Below, one piece after another: positions 26,315 through 40,300 of a stretch of DNA of 64,000 nucleotides. This DNA is from Trichoplax sp. H2 (Eukaryota). The stretch is from assembly GCA_003344405.1 (NCBI GenBank), contig NOWV01000281.1, positions 1 through 64,000 on the forward strand. Direction: 5' to 3'. The notes under the pieces were generated by a model. The model saw only the letters and a list, made by a program, of their open reading frames with translations, was not told where the DNA came from and did no database searches. Numbering within the stretch: position 1 is the stretch's first letter; every line of letters starts with the position of its first letter. The translations under genes and the position numbers were made by a program.

Positions 26315-27389
26315 CAAGACTGCTGGTAATGAATTTGTAATCCAATATATTAACATGCAAGGAAAATATAAAAATGTTGAAATACCAACTAGCCTACAGC
26401 GATTCTGGTGAATTTATAGTTGATGAACTGAAAAGGATTGATCAATATTCGGGACTTGTGTATAGAAATTTCTTTTTTTTCTTAACGTGTTGAAACAAGG
26501 TAAATTTACGTTAAGTTTCATCATCAAGGTAATGAAAAGCAAATTACTTTCTGTTCTTGTGCGTACACGCACATGATATTATACATTCATAACATCGACC
26601 TTCCGCATTTTATTAGTAATAGTCCACGCTGGTCATTTATAATGGTGATGTGATAGGGATCGATTTTCTAGTAAATAAAGATCAAGAAACTTGAATCCTA
26701 CAAGTTTTTGTATCTACTGTTAGTAAAAAAAGTAGAGCCATGCTTATTTTAGCACCAGTACTAGTACTAGTACTAGTTGAGGAGTTCCATTGCACTCTAA
26801 GCTGTAGGACTGTATATATGCATCTTTATTTACTTCTACGCTTGTTCATCCGGGTAAACCCGGTAGGATAAAACAACAAAAAAATGATTACCTACGGTAG
26901 TCATCAGATCAATTTTCGGATCTATTTATGATGTTTACAATGTTACTTATTTTTAAAAACTCTATGTACATAATAGGACATTGAAATAACTATAAAATGA
27001 TTACACGATACTTCAATGTTCTATTCTCTTTTGCTCTTCTACATTGCACATCTTGAATTGAGGGACATATCGTACATATCCATTTTTCAAAGTGGGTGGA
27101 TTTTCTTCCTTGAGGTATACAATAAGGGCATTTAGCGATTTCCTATTAACGAACGCAAACATCCATAAGAACAAGTTTATACGTGTTAGGTTTTAATTTT
27201 TAATAGGTCGCTTTCTTTTTTCATTAATGTCCTCTTTGAAGTTATCTCAGCAGGCAAGTATCTTAACTTAGTCCCCCTAAAGTTTTGTCTCCATGTTGAC
27301 GGCAAGGTGGAGATTTTTGTGATTACTGTGTAGTTGATCGATCATTCAATCTGCTCTATTACTTCAAAGTCTGATGTCTCCAGTTTTTA

Positions 27390-28430
27390 TTTCAACTAAT
27401 TCAATTATTCCTTGTGAAGTAACTTGAATCAAGGAGGATTTTCCCTTCTAATTTGCAATAACTGCCGTCATGGCCTACGTCAATACTGGCAGTGGTAGAC
27501 ATAAAAAAAGAATCCTTTGCATTGCACCAATGGAATATCTGTATATACGATAGCAATGGAATTGTAGACGTCAAAATCTCTTCAACTCGGCACAACGATA
27601 AAACGTCGTCCTGAATTTAACCCATTTTAATTCCTCCTTATTGAAAGTGACTTTGATCAAAGGAGAATTTTCCCTTGCAATTGGCAATAGCTGCTGTTAC
27701 GTTGCCAATATTGATATACTGTAATGGCAGAGGCAAACATGCACGAACTATTTCCAGTGAAATCGTGCCAGAAGGAAATCCTAACAAGATCAACAGTACG
27801 ATACCCTTGGAGCTAATATCATAAAGCTCCAGTCACTTTAACCAGGCATTACTAACCAAAAAACAGTCGGTAATTGAACCAATTTAATTTCTCCTTATCA
27901 AAACTAACTTTTGATCAACGGAGAATTTCCCTTGCAATTGGCAATAGCTGCCGTCATGTTGACCCATATTGATATTTTGAAAGTAGTAAACATGGAAAAA
28001 AATCAATTCTCACTGAAATAGCAGCAAGAGAAAATCGATACAATACGTAGAGTAAGAATAAGACAATACCACTGCAACTGCAATAGAAAAAACTTGAGCC
28101 TTCAATCATGGACCACAACAAAACGTAGTCCTTCATTGAATCCATTTATTTCATAAACCACTATTATCCAAAAAGTAACTATGATCAAAAGAGAATTTTC
28201 CTTGTCATTAGCAATGACTGCCATCATGCTGGCCAATATCGACATTAGCCATAGCAGACATGAAAATTGAAACACCCAAGATTCCACTGCAGCTGTAATA
28301 AACCCTCAATCTTTTCAACTCTTATTCATTTCTATTTGCTCATTCAGTGCAATTTAGATTATAGGAAAATTGGGGGGAATCATATGATCCCATTTTTCCT
28401 AGCAATGGCTACCATCATTTTCGATTTTTT
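27390..28430. repeat. Decayed ~230-270-bp tandem array, 4-5 copies, upstream of ETS gene 2
   Basis: Core gatcaa.ggagaattttcccttgcaattggcaatagctgccgtcatg near 27426, 27655, 27913 and 28183, with a partial copy near 28395. Confidence 0.8.
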
Positions 28431-29976
28431 TAGCCCATGTTGATTGGCACTCGCACCTATTTCAATTCACCATTTCCAGTGGAAATAGCAAGAAAGGAGC
28501 GAGAGAGAAACTGCGCCGGGATCAAACTGTATGATACCGTTGAAGCTGTAATCAAACCTGTAACGAAAGGGTGATCCAGACGAGGTGTCAATCATGACAC
28601 AATACCGTCAAGAAAGGAGTCAACTAGAGTGATTGACGAGCGCATTCTGCTTTGACGAGTGTATACTACGCCACTTGCAAGTGTGGCACACTAGAGCACG
28701 TATTGTATGTTATCCATTTGTGGTGTGTCCTCGGTATCGGTACAATACGGTTCGGTAACAGACCATTACGGTAATGGACCGTGGCTATTGTAGTAGGTTA
28801 GTTTCCATTGATTGTTTTGAAAAAGGACAATGACGTCAGAGGATGGTAATTCGCTGCTATTGGTTGAAAAATTGTGGTGGGGTTGATCCTTGGATTGGTT
28901 CCGTATCTGCGCAATAGGCTTGTACGCAGATGTGGACGTGCTTTCTGAATCGCATAGAATGGCCATGAGGCTGTACGGATGTATGATACAGTTCGGTTCA
29001 GAAATTGCTATGAAATGACAGCCAAGGTTGTCTTTTGTTGCAATGTGGGCAGGGTAGGGCCGTATCAAACGCAGAAAAACAACAACAAAACTATACAATA
29101 GAAAGTATGGTAAGAAGTGGCTACTGTACTGTAGCCTTTCTTCTCTTTGTCTCCTTGGAAAATCCCATACTAATACACTACCGATACGATACTGTACTAG
29201 TATGACGTAAAAAGAAAACATCCTTGACCGCCTACGCTGTACTGTACTGGTGTGTTTGCCAATTTTACAGTCCAAAGTCTTGCAGCATACATTGTACTGT
29301 AAAGGATCTTTTTAAAGAGCACTCCTACAGCGCTAACACTTCATTTGCCAATCAGACGATCAACGGTGAAGAAGCAACCAACAAACCCGCCGACTATCCT
29401 ATCGCTTTGAAACGCAGTTTTGTACTGCAATCTTGACGCATCTTAACTACCAACATTATAGACAAGTTACAGAAAAGGCCTGAAAAAATTGCCTTGAAAC
29501 CTTGCAAACTGAGAGTAGATACGGTAGAAGCGGATTATCGCTTTTGGATGATTGAAGCACTTTGATTAGCCAGGATAGAGAATCGACCCAAGATAATGAA
29601 AGGAATTCTACAAGCAGCTTGTGTCTATAACGGTAAATACTATCTGCTCTATTGATGTTATGAAGTTGACCATGATAGACAATCAATTTAGGTAGAATAA
29701 GCTGCTAATAGGGATTGCTTCATACAAAGTTTGAAACTGATTATTGATTTTGGGATAGATGATGACCTACTGCAACCATCAGAATATTTGAACGAGGTAC
29801 TAATGGCAATAGACGAGGTCGAAAGTAAGTAGTCAGACTCGGTACTTTGCTGTAGTTATCGATTAATATGGGCATCCACGATTTACATTTGTTATCTACT
29901 GGTTGTTTTAGGGAAAGATGCACAACAGCAAAACCGACTCATTGGTCGTTCTCCTTCGCGACCGTCTACCGATTTC

Positions 29977-31199
29977 ATGGCGATCTATAGTCCACCAGTA
30001 ATAAATGACATACACTTGCATCAGTATAACGAGAATTCCTCCGAAAATAGCAGTAACGTATGGAATTACAGTGATCAAGACAGCGATTCTGATCACGGCT
30101 ATGATTCATACAACAGTAAGTTAATATTAAAAATGATAATACCGTATAGTATACAGTACAGTGTGTGCTGTTGATTTTATTATTGTTATTGTCGTCTTCA
30201 TACCAGACCAATATAATAACCGTACATTATACTATTATTTTGATAAGGTTCAGAAAATGCTCGTTTATATAGAAATGAATGTGTTCATGAACTAATTTCC
30301 TACGTTAAATTAACAAATTAGACAATACTTTTGTAAGCTGATTTTATGATTCAAGTATTGAAATTGATAGCAGTGTTCTTGCACTGTCATTACAGATCTG
30401 AACGATACCGTAACTGGTCAAAATCGTAGATACCCAGACAATGGCTTTCAATTTCACATGGATGCTATTGAAAATACATCTTTCACGACTTCTGGTATGT
30501 TGCTTACTACAAAATGTGTGATAAGCTTAATAGCGTAGACACGATTCACTTCTACTCTTTATGACAATTTTCTATTGCTAAACGCCCAATTAGATTCATT
30601 CTTCAATCCTTTGCCGCCAAATGACTTTAGCGAATATGACGCTTCAAGCGAGGGTCCTAGTTCGCCTGATAGTATTTATGGTGGTAATAATGAAATCAAG
30701 AAGCCTATAAAAGATAATCGTCGCCGTAAGAAGTTTAAAGGTAGTTAGTTAGCTAGTACTTTTGATGCTCATCTTTTATGGTGCCACCCTAAGCCTTTAA
30801 TGCAGCTATGATATGAACAAGATTTAGTATAATTTTAAATTAATTATAGCAATCTTTCGTTGTACAGGTGAAGCGTCTCAACCGCTAACCTTATGGGAGT
30901 ATATCCTGATGAATTTAATTGCACCAGAATCGAAGGAATTCGTCAAATGGAGTAATGAAGCTAATGGCGAATTTATCATCAAAGACTCTAAATTGCTTGC
31001 AGAATCGTGGGGGATTCATAAATGCAAGCAGCCTACGACGTATGAAAACTTGTCCAGATCATTACGCTATTACTATGGAGAAAAGATCCTGGAAAAAGTA
31101 CAACATCGCCGTTTAATGTACAGATTTATCAAGCGTGAACAATTTAATAATTCTAAACAAAGATACTTAAATTTAAAAAGGAAAAGAGACCGATTTTGA
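29977..31199 (+). CDS. ETS transcription factor, divergent (at least 238 aa, 4 coding exons; true start may be further upstream)
   Basis: Exons 29977-30115, 30396-30494, 30594-30740 and 30868-31199, GT-AG, all introns phase 1 (717 nt). ETS domain TLWEYILMNL...FVKWSNEANGEFIIKDSKLLAESWGIHKCKQPTTYENLSRSLRYYYGEKILEKVQHRRLMYRF. The frame stays open back to an acceptor at 29911. Confidence 0.88.
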
Positions 31200-34100
31200 G
31201 CAAAACGTTTTAGTACCATGTTAACGTTCCCTTTTTCACCGAATGCGGTGAGCTTAGTGGGAGTTTAAAGGTGGTAATACCGATTTAGCTTCGATGTTGT
31301 CTGTAGTGGTAGTTTAACAAGGATGATTTTAATTTATCTGAGTAAAGTTTAAAAGTAAACTATCGAGTTGATTTGCTTCTCTACTATGAAATTAAAATAG
31401 ACCAAGTAAATATTATTCTAAAAAGAAATGAAGATTTAATGTTATGTAATGTTATATAGTACGTCTCTTTCCGCAGTATTGTACCAGAATTCAACAGGAC
31501 AACGTGATGTTGTACAATACTGAATTTTATCCATAGATATGTAATGAAGATTAGCTGTTTTTATTCTTGAAAGAAGCTGTTGAAGTAAACTATTGTGCAC
31601 AGTAGTATTTCTTCAATTGCCGTTTAGATAGCATTGACAAAAGCAGTGCAGCTAGTTTTAGTGCTTACGCTTATTCTGTGTAGACCAGACAACATCGATG
31701 TTTAGTTTAGTCAGTCAGTTTATAAAAGAAAACATTTTATTAACTACACTTGTCATTAACTCATATTGCAGCATCGCTGTTGCCCCATGTGTTAATTTCC
31801 AAAATATGCATGGAAAGCGATTGTTGTATTCTGCAACTGATCAATTCATGTTTGAGCTTATACGCGTCTATGTAATGTTGTAACTTAGCTGATAACTGTT
31901 AATGAAGTACATGGAATTACTTAGCTACATACCGTGCGTATAACCAATATGGCAAGGTAGATCTTGTTTTAACTAGAGTTAGAAATGCATAGGTTGGTGT
32001 TGATTAACTGTGATTATAAATAAAACCGTAGCTTGTAGTTAGATAAATGATTGTCATTTCTTTGCGCGTGATCAACTTTACGAAAGCATGAGGAAATAGT
32101 AGACCACTTAGCCAATCTCGTAATTAGACAATAGTGTAAGATATACTGTATGCAGATTGCATGATAATGAAACAATATATAAAATTGCTGTCCGCGATAC
32201 CAAGACCAGCGATATTGTAAAATAAATAATTAATCAGGCGATTTTAGTTTAAGTATCTTGTTTATACACACCACTTGGCAATGCTAGCATATAGGCTGAT
32301 TTTTTATCATGCGTTGCAGCCGATTGCTATACAGTAACCGGGTATTAGCTAAAGTACCTCCACTCTGATCGTAGATATTATGCAATAACCCATAATCTAG
32401 ATAGCAGAAGACATCTTTGAAAAATACTGCAGTAGATTCGCTAATTTGCAAATAGAATACTGCACACTGTACAGTACAGTAGATGCTTTGCCTAGCTGTA
32501 TGTGCACGTATATAATGTACTGTATCATGAATAGCTAGATATGGCATACTTCTATAGTATATGAATTTGCAGATAGTATACTTTACCATGGACTACTAGA
32601 TGCACCTTGCAATGCATAGTCTTACACTGGTACATGCTTTGTCAAGCTGTACGCGAATACATTATCATACATATCTGTCTTTAATTAATAGAACGATACG
32701 ACATACTGTACTTCTACTGCATATGAATTCGAAAATATAAAAACAGCGTGCCATTAACTGCTTATCCACTACCGTTGTAATGATCTAATTTGTGACAACA
32801 AATGAACGATGTATAACATCAACTTAGAATTTAAAATTTTATTGATTGGTATTAAAAATATTAGACATTGGCACATTTAATAGTTATAAAATCCAGCTCA
32901 GTTAAATACAGATGATGCTCCAATTTAGGAAATTGGTATTTAATTACACTTAGGTAGACTACTGCATCTTCCCTAGTGTTAGGAATACAGTATACAGAAA
33001 CTGTAAAATAGTGAACTCATGATGGCACAACTGTGCAGCAATATTTCATCATTGAATACGTACAGTACATGCTTTTGCAACAGTATCATTCACTATACGA
33101 GTATTAATTCTCTGACATTGTACGTCTATTTTGTAAAATTCTAAAAATTAATATTATTTCAAGTCAAAAATAATTAAGTTCTAGTTATGACAACCATTTT
33201 TATATAAATTCAAATGAAGGAAATGCCGTGCCGTAGAAGTCAGTAATGGAATAATAATAACATCAATAATCACTACATATGATGCATACTGTTATATAAA
33301 TACGTATAGACATTGAGTTAACAACTAGTTGATAAGGTAACTTCGATCGAAATAGTGACTACCTTCATTGATTCTACACTAATTATAAAAAAATTAGAAA
33401 GTATAAAATAAAAATTTATACCTAATATACAAATCTTTTATAAAAATGGGATAAATGGTGATGACCAAAATCTAGCTAAGTGTATGGTAGATATGCTAAT
33501 TAATTGAAAAGTCGTTCTGGGCACAAATTACATAAACAGTTTTAATTGACAGAAAGTTGAAGCCTATTTAAGCATAGCTACATCAGATACTAGCTTAAAT
33601 AAAATAACTAAACTGTCCAACATATCTATTTATAAATGAGTAATATAATAGTACAGATGGCGAGCGGATACATTTTATATGCTCGTGTATGTTTACTGTA
33701 GTTAGTTTCACTTTGGATCATAGGTATTTTACAAATTTATCGAGCTTTCAACTTTATCCATCTTAGAAGTATATATGGTAGACCAAAATTTACAAATAGA
33801 TACGAGAGATTGATGTGAGATGAAAACCAAGGTCGATTTTGTTGTTATAAATTCATTGGTAAATAATACGTATAGACGTATCATTACTCCTTAAATCGGT
33901 AGGTAGCTGTGTCTTTCGTCTATTATTTAATAAAAGATTAGAAAGTAATTAGAATATCCATTCAGTTTTAAGAATTAACTCGATCTTTAAGACGGTTTGG
34001 CCAATATTGTTGCAGAATGATTTTCTCCCATTTTTGCAATTTTTTCTCGCATCTTGATCTTGACAGTTAGTTTTACTACGCGTAGCTTTTAAGACTTGAA

Positions 34101-34344
34101 TTAGAATTATCATCAGTTCTGATTTTATCATAATATACGTATATTACATTACGTAATTACTACTTCATATATATATATGTGTGGGATAATAATAATTGAA
34201 ACAGCTATTGCATCTCATCTATCCAAATTATCTAGTAGTTGCTGCTGTCTGCAAAGTTAAATTTGTTAGCTGTTCTCCATGCATCGATATAATACGGAGT
34301 ACAACTAAAAGTGTACACTGTAAATAATGATAATCCATCGTTAT

Positions 34345-37300
34345 TTATACATATTCTGCTGGTGGCGATAATATTGGTTGTTGATTATCGGCTAGACTAC
34401 GCTTGACAGCGGGATAACTGGATACAGGTGCCGATGAAGCTGGTCCTTTAGTTAATGGTGAAGCCTGTGGTCTATACTTAAATTTTCGTTTTCCCTTTAA
34501 TTCGCTATCACTAATTCCTTTTTTAGTTGGAGCTATTGGATTTACTTTTTTCTCCATCTTGTGCCGATAGGGTGGTACTTTGCCACGTTGTAATGTATTG
34601 TAAGAATCAGATTCTCCTTGTTGTGAATTGATCTTGCGAAGGTGGAAACTTTTTTCATGGCGATCACTACGTTCGCCATCGCTATCGGTACTACTTGGTG
34701 GCTCGAGTAAATCATCTAGCGGATCATCGACTGGGCCTTCATCGCTTGTTGATGAGACAGCTTCTAATTCACCAATGATACTACCATCCGATTCTGGCAT
34801 AGTCGATAATCGATTAAATTGTTGATGTAATAAACCACTGGGATAGCCATAACGTAGACCTTTGTAAGGAGCGGGAACAGGGCCATTTTGGATACTCCCT
34901 TCTAATTCACTTTCATACAGGCCATCGCCATCAATACTAGTGAGATCGAGATCATAATGTTCTAATGGCTCAGTTAACTTTAATGGATGGTGTGGATGAT
35001 GATTATTATTGACTTGTGTCATTGGTGCTTGATGTGCAACATGAGCATTATTGTTCGGTATTATTCCACGACGATGAGGATTACGAACATCTTGCTTATT
35101 ATTCATGGGTGGATTTCGTGTAGTCATTTCAATTTCGACATTGTTTTGACGATGTGGAAATGTAGGATAATGTGCATGGTGTTGATCAAGAGTATTAGCA
35201 TCCCGATTATGATGATGCTTCGTAGACGATTCAACAGGTAGACTTTTAACACTACTTGGCTTCGATTTTCTACCGCCGCGACTTCGATTTAAAATATCAT
35301 GTTGTAAACTATGACTACTGTTACTTTTATTCATACGCTCATTTTCACTTTCAGTAAAATTGCCATTTTCACTATCTTTAACTGGATCACTACATGAATC
35401 TTCCAAAAGATCGCCAATGTCTGTTCTTGAATTTTCAGTTGTTTGAGTTTTTTCACTATCGACAAATGCTTTATTAGCGATTCCACCATTATTACCATAA
35501 TTATTATTACTTTCATTGGTTTGATCAAGTGGATTATTATCATCATTTTCAGTTAACGAATGCGTTTGTTTTTTCGATTTTCGACGCCGACGGCGCCTTT
35601 CTTTCTTAACAACGATATAAATTAATATGGCAATCACTATGCTTGAAATAGCCGCAAAAACGATTGCTAATATTAAAGCAATCGGTACTGGCTGATTCTG
35701 AGGCCCGGGTTGGACGCAATCATAACCACCATCAGATCGGCCTTGACAAGTTGTACCTTGTAAGCATGGCGATGATAGGCAAACTAGCGCAGTTTCGCAT
35801 ACTTCACCGGTAAAATTAGTTAAACAACTACATGTAAACATGGTAGTCGATGATTTTGATGGTATACATGTTGCGTTATTCTTACACGGACGAGATCGGC
35901 ATGCACCAAGATCAACACAAGTATAATTTTCCCAATTATCTTGGCAATAACTGCTATTACTGGGGCATGGTGATGATGCACAAACAGGGCTGCCATCGCA
36001 GCCTTGGCTAATGCCGTTACTCTGGCTAGATAGAACAAAAACTGTATTTTGGCTTGAATTTTGCGCTGTATTAAGTGGCAAGCTATAATCGTTGGCTTTT
36101 AAATTATTTAAACAGCCAGAAAATGGTGTTATAACACCACCATCAAGAATTTGTCCACTTGGTCCATTGGCTAGTGTCAGTGATTTTAAATCAATACCTA
36201 AAAAATTTAGAGTAGGCTGAGAAAATTGCTTGCTGTTCTTGATATTATCCACTAGCAACGAAATAGTTCCATTAGAGTATCTTATCACTTGGACAGTATG
36301 CCAGAGCCCATCATGAACAAATTTATTAACTTCAACATAACCTTGAGTTGTGGAATTGACAATTACAGAGTATCTTATTAAGCCAAGGTATACCTAATAT
36401 AGAATGGAATCAAAAATCAAGATAAAATCAATGTAACTACCAACCTCTGTGAAAGAAACTAACTTTGAAACTTAATGTGGATACTAATCTTACCTGTAAG
36501 ACAGTTGAATTTGTTTTACCCGTAGCGTAGAAAATAATCCCATTTAATCTACGTGTCCTAATACTGATTGAAATTTGACTTTTCTGAGTATTAATAGATA
36601 GGTCACGCTTGCGTTGTCGTTGTCTAGCAATTGAGCTAACTAAATTTTGGATTGTTAGAGATCGATAATAGGCTGCACTCAGAGTATAGCTGATGAAAGC
36701 GTTATTTCCCAAAGTAATCCCTCTAGAAGCTACAGCAAGAGGTAATACAAAAGGTTAATTAGACAAGAAATGAGCTGAATTACAAAGTGTGGTGTTTAAA
36801 TGGATAATAGGATAATTAAGTACAGACATTAACTATAAATAGCCCTAATAAAATTATTGTATATTGATTCTACGTATTAGAATAAAGTGCTAAATTAATA
36901 GGATTAGCATTTAAAAGAAAGATAGAGATCTTGAATAAAGTTTCTCTAAGCAATAATGAAATTGAGCGCATTGTACCTTGATTACAAAATGTTCCAGTTC
37001 TATTTTGGCTACATTGACAGCTTGCAGTAAACCAATTATCGATGCATCGGCTATTATCCATACAAGGATTTGGACTACAAACAGATCGACGTAAACATGT
37101 TGCTAGGATTCCGGAAGATTGCGTTAAATTTTGACGCTTAATATCGGCGTGATTGATTTGAATGCTACGCATACATCCAATAAATGATGATGAATGTAAA
37201 CGAGTAGGATATTGAGTTAAAATATTAACAGATTGAATGCCACCAAGATAACTTGAAGCAGATTGGAGATTAAACGCCCTAGTAACGATCGATACAATCA

Positions 37301-40300
37301 TAAAATCATTATTTAAAATTGCTTAAATATCACTTAATTTATTTGATCACCCTATGGAATTATATGAGATGTGATCACGATTTTATATAGAGCTATGGCA
37401 TGTACTTTTTCTACACAATAAATTTAAATTATCGACATATCTTGATATTAATGTTATTGACTGTTCCTATTATCATATCAGGAATAACTTATAAGAAAGA
37501 TGCGAATAATACTATTAATTAATACTGTATGGCAAAGTGGAGGATAAATTATGCAATAAAAAATATCTAATACAGTTTAAAATAACAGAAGACTTAAACT
37601 ATCATTTACTACCTTTAACTTACATGTTAGGAGTTTGAGCTTTACCATTGGTTGTAGAACATGTTGATGAAGTAGAACCATCGATACACTGATCAACTTT
37701 CAATTCTCCGTACTAATTATTAAGAATAAACGTTAGCAACTATTTAACGTGTAAAGTCAAGAAAAAATTTAACTCTACGTCATAGCTGCGATTTCAAATA
37801 GTAGGGAATCATACAATCTAAGCTTTGCTTATATATCGCATTCCGACTGTGCTAGTTGATACCATTCTTTTTATTAACATTGCGACAAACTGAAATAATT
37901 TGTTGGCTAGTGATACATATACATAGGAAAATTATTAAAATTATAAGTTTATACCGTACCAAATAAATTAACTTAGACTACTCTAATTATTATTAATATT
38001 TCATCAAAATTATACGATTATTGGCTAGCATCAAAATGTAATCGGTAATAAGAAAGATCAACTATAAAGTAAAGTAAAAACAGCTATGCTACTGTAAATA
38101 GTAAAATGGTATTAAAATTATACGATTTATTAGCTGGCATAAAAAATTATGTTTAAAAATTCTAATCATTAAATAAAACAGCTACTTCTACCGTAACTAT
38201 TACTCTAAATTGGTACACCAATCTTAGTTTTGTAAAGGAAAGAGATTTCGATCGTGATGCAATACTTGGTAAAAATTTTAAACTATAAAAAATAGCATCT
38301 ACAGAGCGGTTTCTAAACCATTTTGACTTACCAAACCTATTCTGTGAGCTCTAATTCGATGCCAAAGACCATCATTAACAACCGTATTTGCTGTAAGCTT
38401 GGCTGTATTACCGTTTTCAAGAGAAAATGCAAATTGAACTTTACCTTGGATAATTTGGATAACTAAATAGTCGCTATTTTGCGCTGAATACGTATACAGC
38501 AGTAACCCATTGCTTTGCAAGGTAGAAAATGAAATAGAAATAGTAGTAGTTGCAGGCTGTTGGCTAATCATGCTAGTTGGTAGCATGCCATAAGAAAGTG
38601 ATTGAAATCCCATGCTATGATGTTGACATCGATCACCATGAGTTCCAAATGTACATTGGCATCGAAACCAATCACCAAGAAGGAAACAAGTCCCGCCATT
38701 ATAGCAAGGATTAGGAGAACAACTACTAAATTGAGATGCTACGTTAACGTGAAGTATGGCTGAAGTCGATTTTGCAAGAGGACCAATTCCATCTTGAGCA
38801 ATAACTACAAGTTGATATTGTTGAATGATGGTAAAATTAAACCGCACAACATAAGTAATTTGGCCAGTAGTTGAATCAATACTGAAATGATTGGATATAG
38901 CATTACTAACTAATTTATAGCTTAGAATACTATTTGGTACTCGATCTGCATCAGTTGCTTTGACAGTAACAACCGATGATCCTGTTGGTGTAGTCGAGGT
39001 AAGAGTAATAGTATAAGAGGATGGATCAAAAATTGGTTTGTTATCGTTGATATCTGTTACAACAACGTAAACGATGATTGTCGTATTTAAAACAGGGCTT
39101 CCACTATCCATGGCTAATATAGTTAGATTATAGTGGGAGGTTTTTTCACGATCTAACTCTTTCGCGATGGAAATGCGGCCATTTTGATCAATCTTAAAAA
39201 CGCCTTGGGAATTACTTTGTGATGCTATGCGATATCGAATTTGACTATCTGGACCAGTATCATTATCCTGAGCAGAAACTGACGTTAAGACAGTAGTTAC
39301 AGTAGCATTCTCAGCAATATAGATAGGTGTTTTTGGATAAGTTATAAACTGAGGTTGATAATGATTGACTCGGATAATATGAATAGTCAAATTTAGCTTG
39401 GATGATGGCGTAATAGGCCAATTGATATTAGCATCTTCAGCTAATATTGTAATCCAATAAGTATTGGTAGTAATAGGCCTCGTAGTTAACGATTTAGCCA
39501 AGGTAACATTGCCATCGCTGGTAATTGTAAATCGGCCTTGAGCATCATTTAACAACTGATAGATAGTTTTAGCATTAGAGCCTGTATCGTGATCGAGAGC
39601 TCGAGCGCTATAAACTATATTACCCACTTGAATTTGTTCGTTAATGTTGATGCTAGCATGAGATGATGTAAATTTAGGGCCATGATCATTAATATCATCC
39701 ACGATAATTATAGCCTGAGTTTGGTTGGTTTGGCTTAGCTGTTGTTGATGAGCAACAGTAATAACAAGTGTATAACTAGGCCATTTTTCGCGATCTAATA
39801 ATCGATGAACAGTGATAATTCCAGTTGTTGAATTGATTTGAAAGGATGAATTAATATTACCAGCAGCAATCTGATATGTTAATGTTGCATTAATATCGGC
39901 TGTACTTCCTTGAATTTGGCCTACAACAGTACCAATAGTTGCATTTTCAATTACTCGATAATTGTACTGGTTGTGTTGAAAGTAAACTGGACTATCGCTA
40001 ACATCTAAGATAGTTACAAGGACAGTTGCAGGTGTTGTTGATTTTAATCCTAAACCATCCATAGCATCAATTATGAGCGTATAACTTGTACTTCCTTGGC
40101 TATCTTCTCGATCTAATACTTTACCAGTCATAACAGCACCCGATGTTGTATTAATTTTGAAACGATTTTGATAATTATTTCTAATTTGGTATCGAATTTG
40201 ACTATGAATAGTGTTATTTGCATCTTGATCGTAAGCATAAACTCTAGTTAAATAAGTATCACTAGGTTGATTTTCTTCAATCTTGGTTGAATAATGTTGT

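Noticed and set aside
27401..28287. Short minus-strand ORFs within the ~250-bp array
   Set aside because: Frames are not preserved between repeat units; chance ORFs.
28766..29686. ORFs 28766-29275, 29224-29436 and 29456-29686
   Set aside because: No recognisable domain; they lie in the probable first intron or leader of ETS gene 2.
34345..35600. Classical cadherin assignment for the large cadherin
   Set aside because: The tail lacks recognisable p120 (GGGEED-type) and beta-catenin-binding motifs and instead has Fat-type EHYD and terminal EYV.
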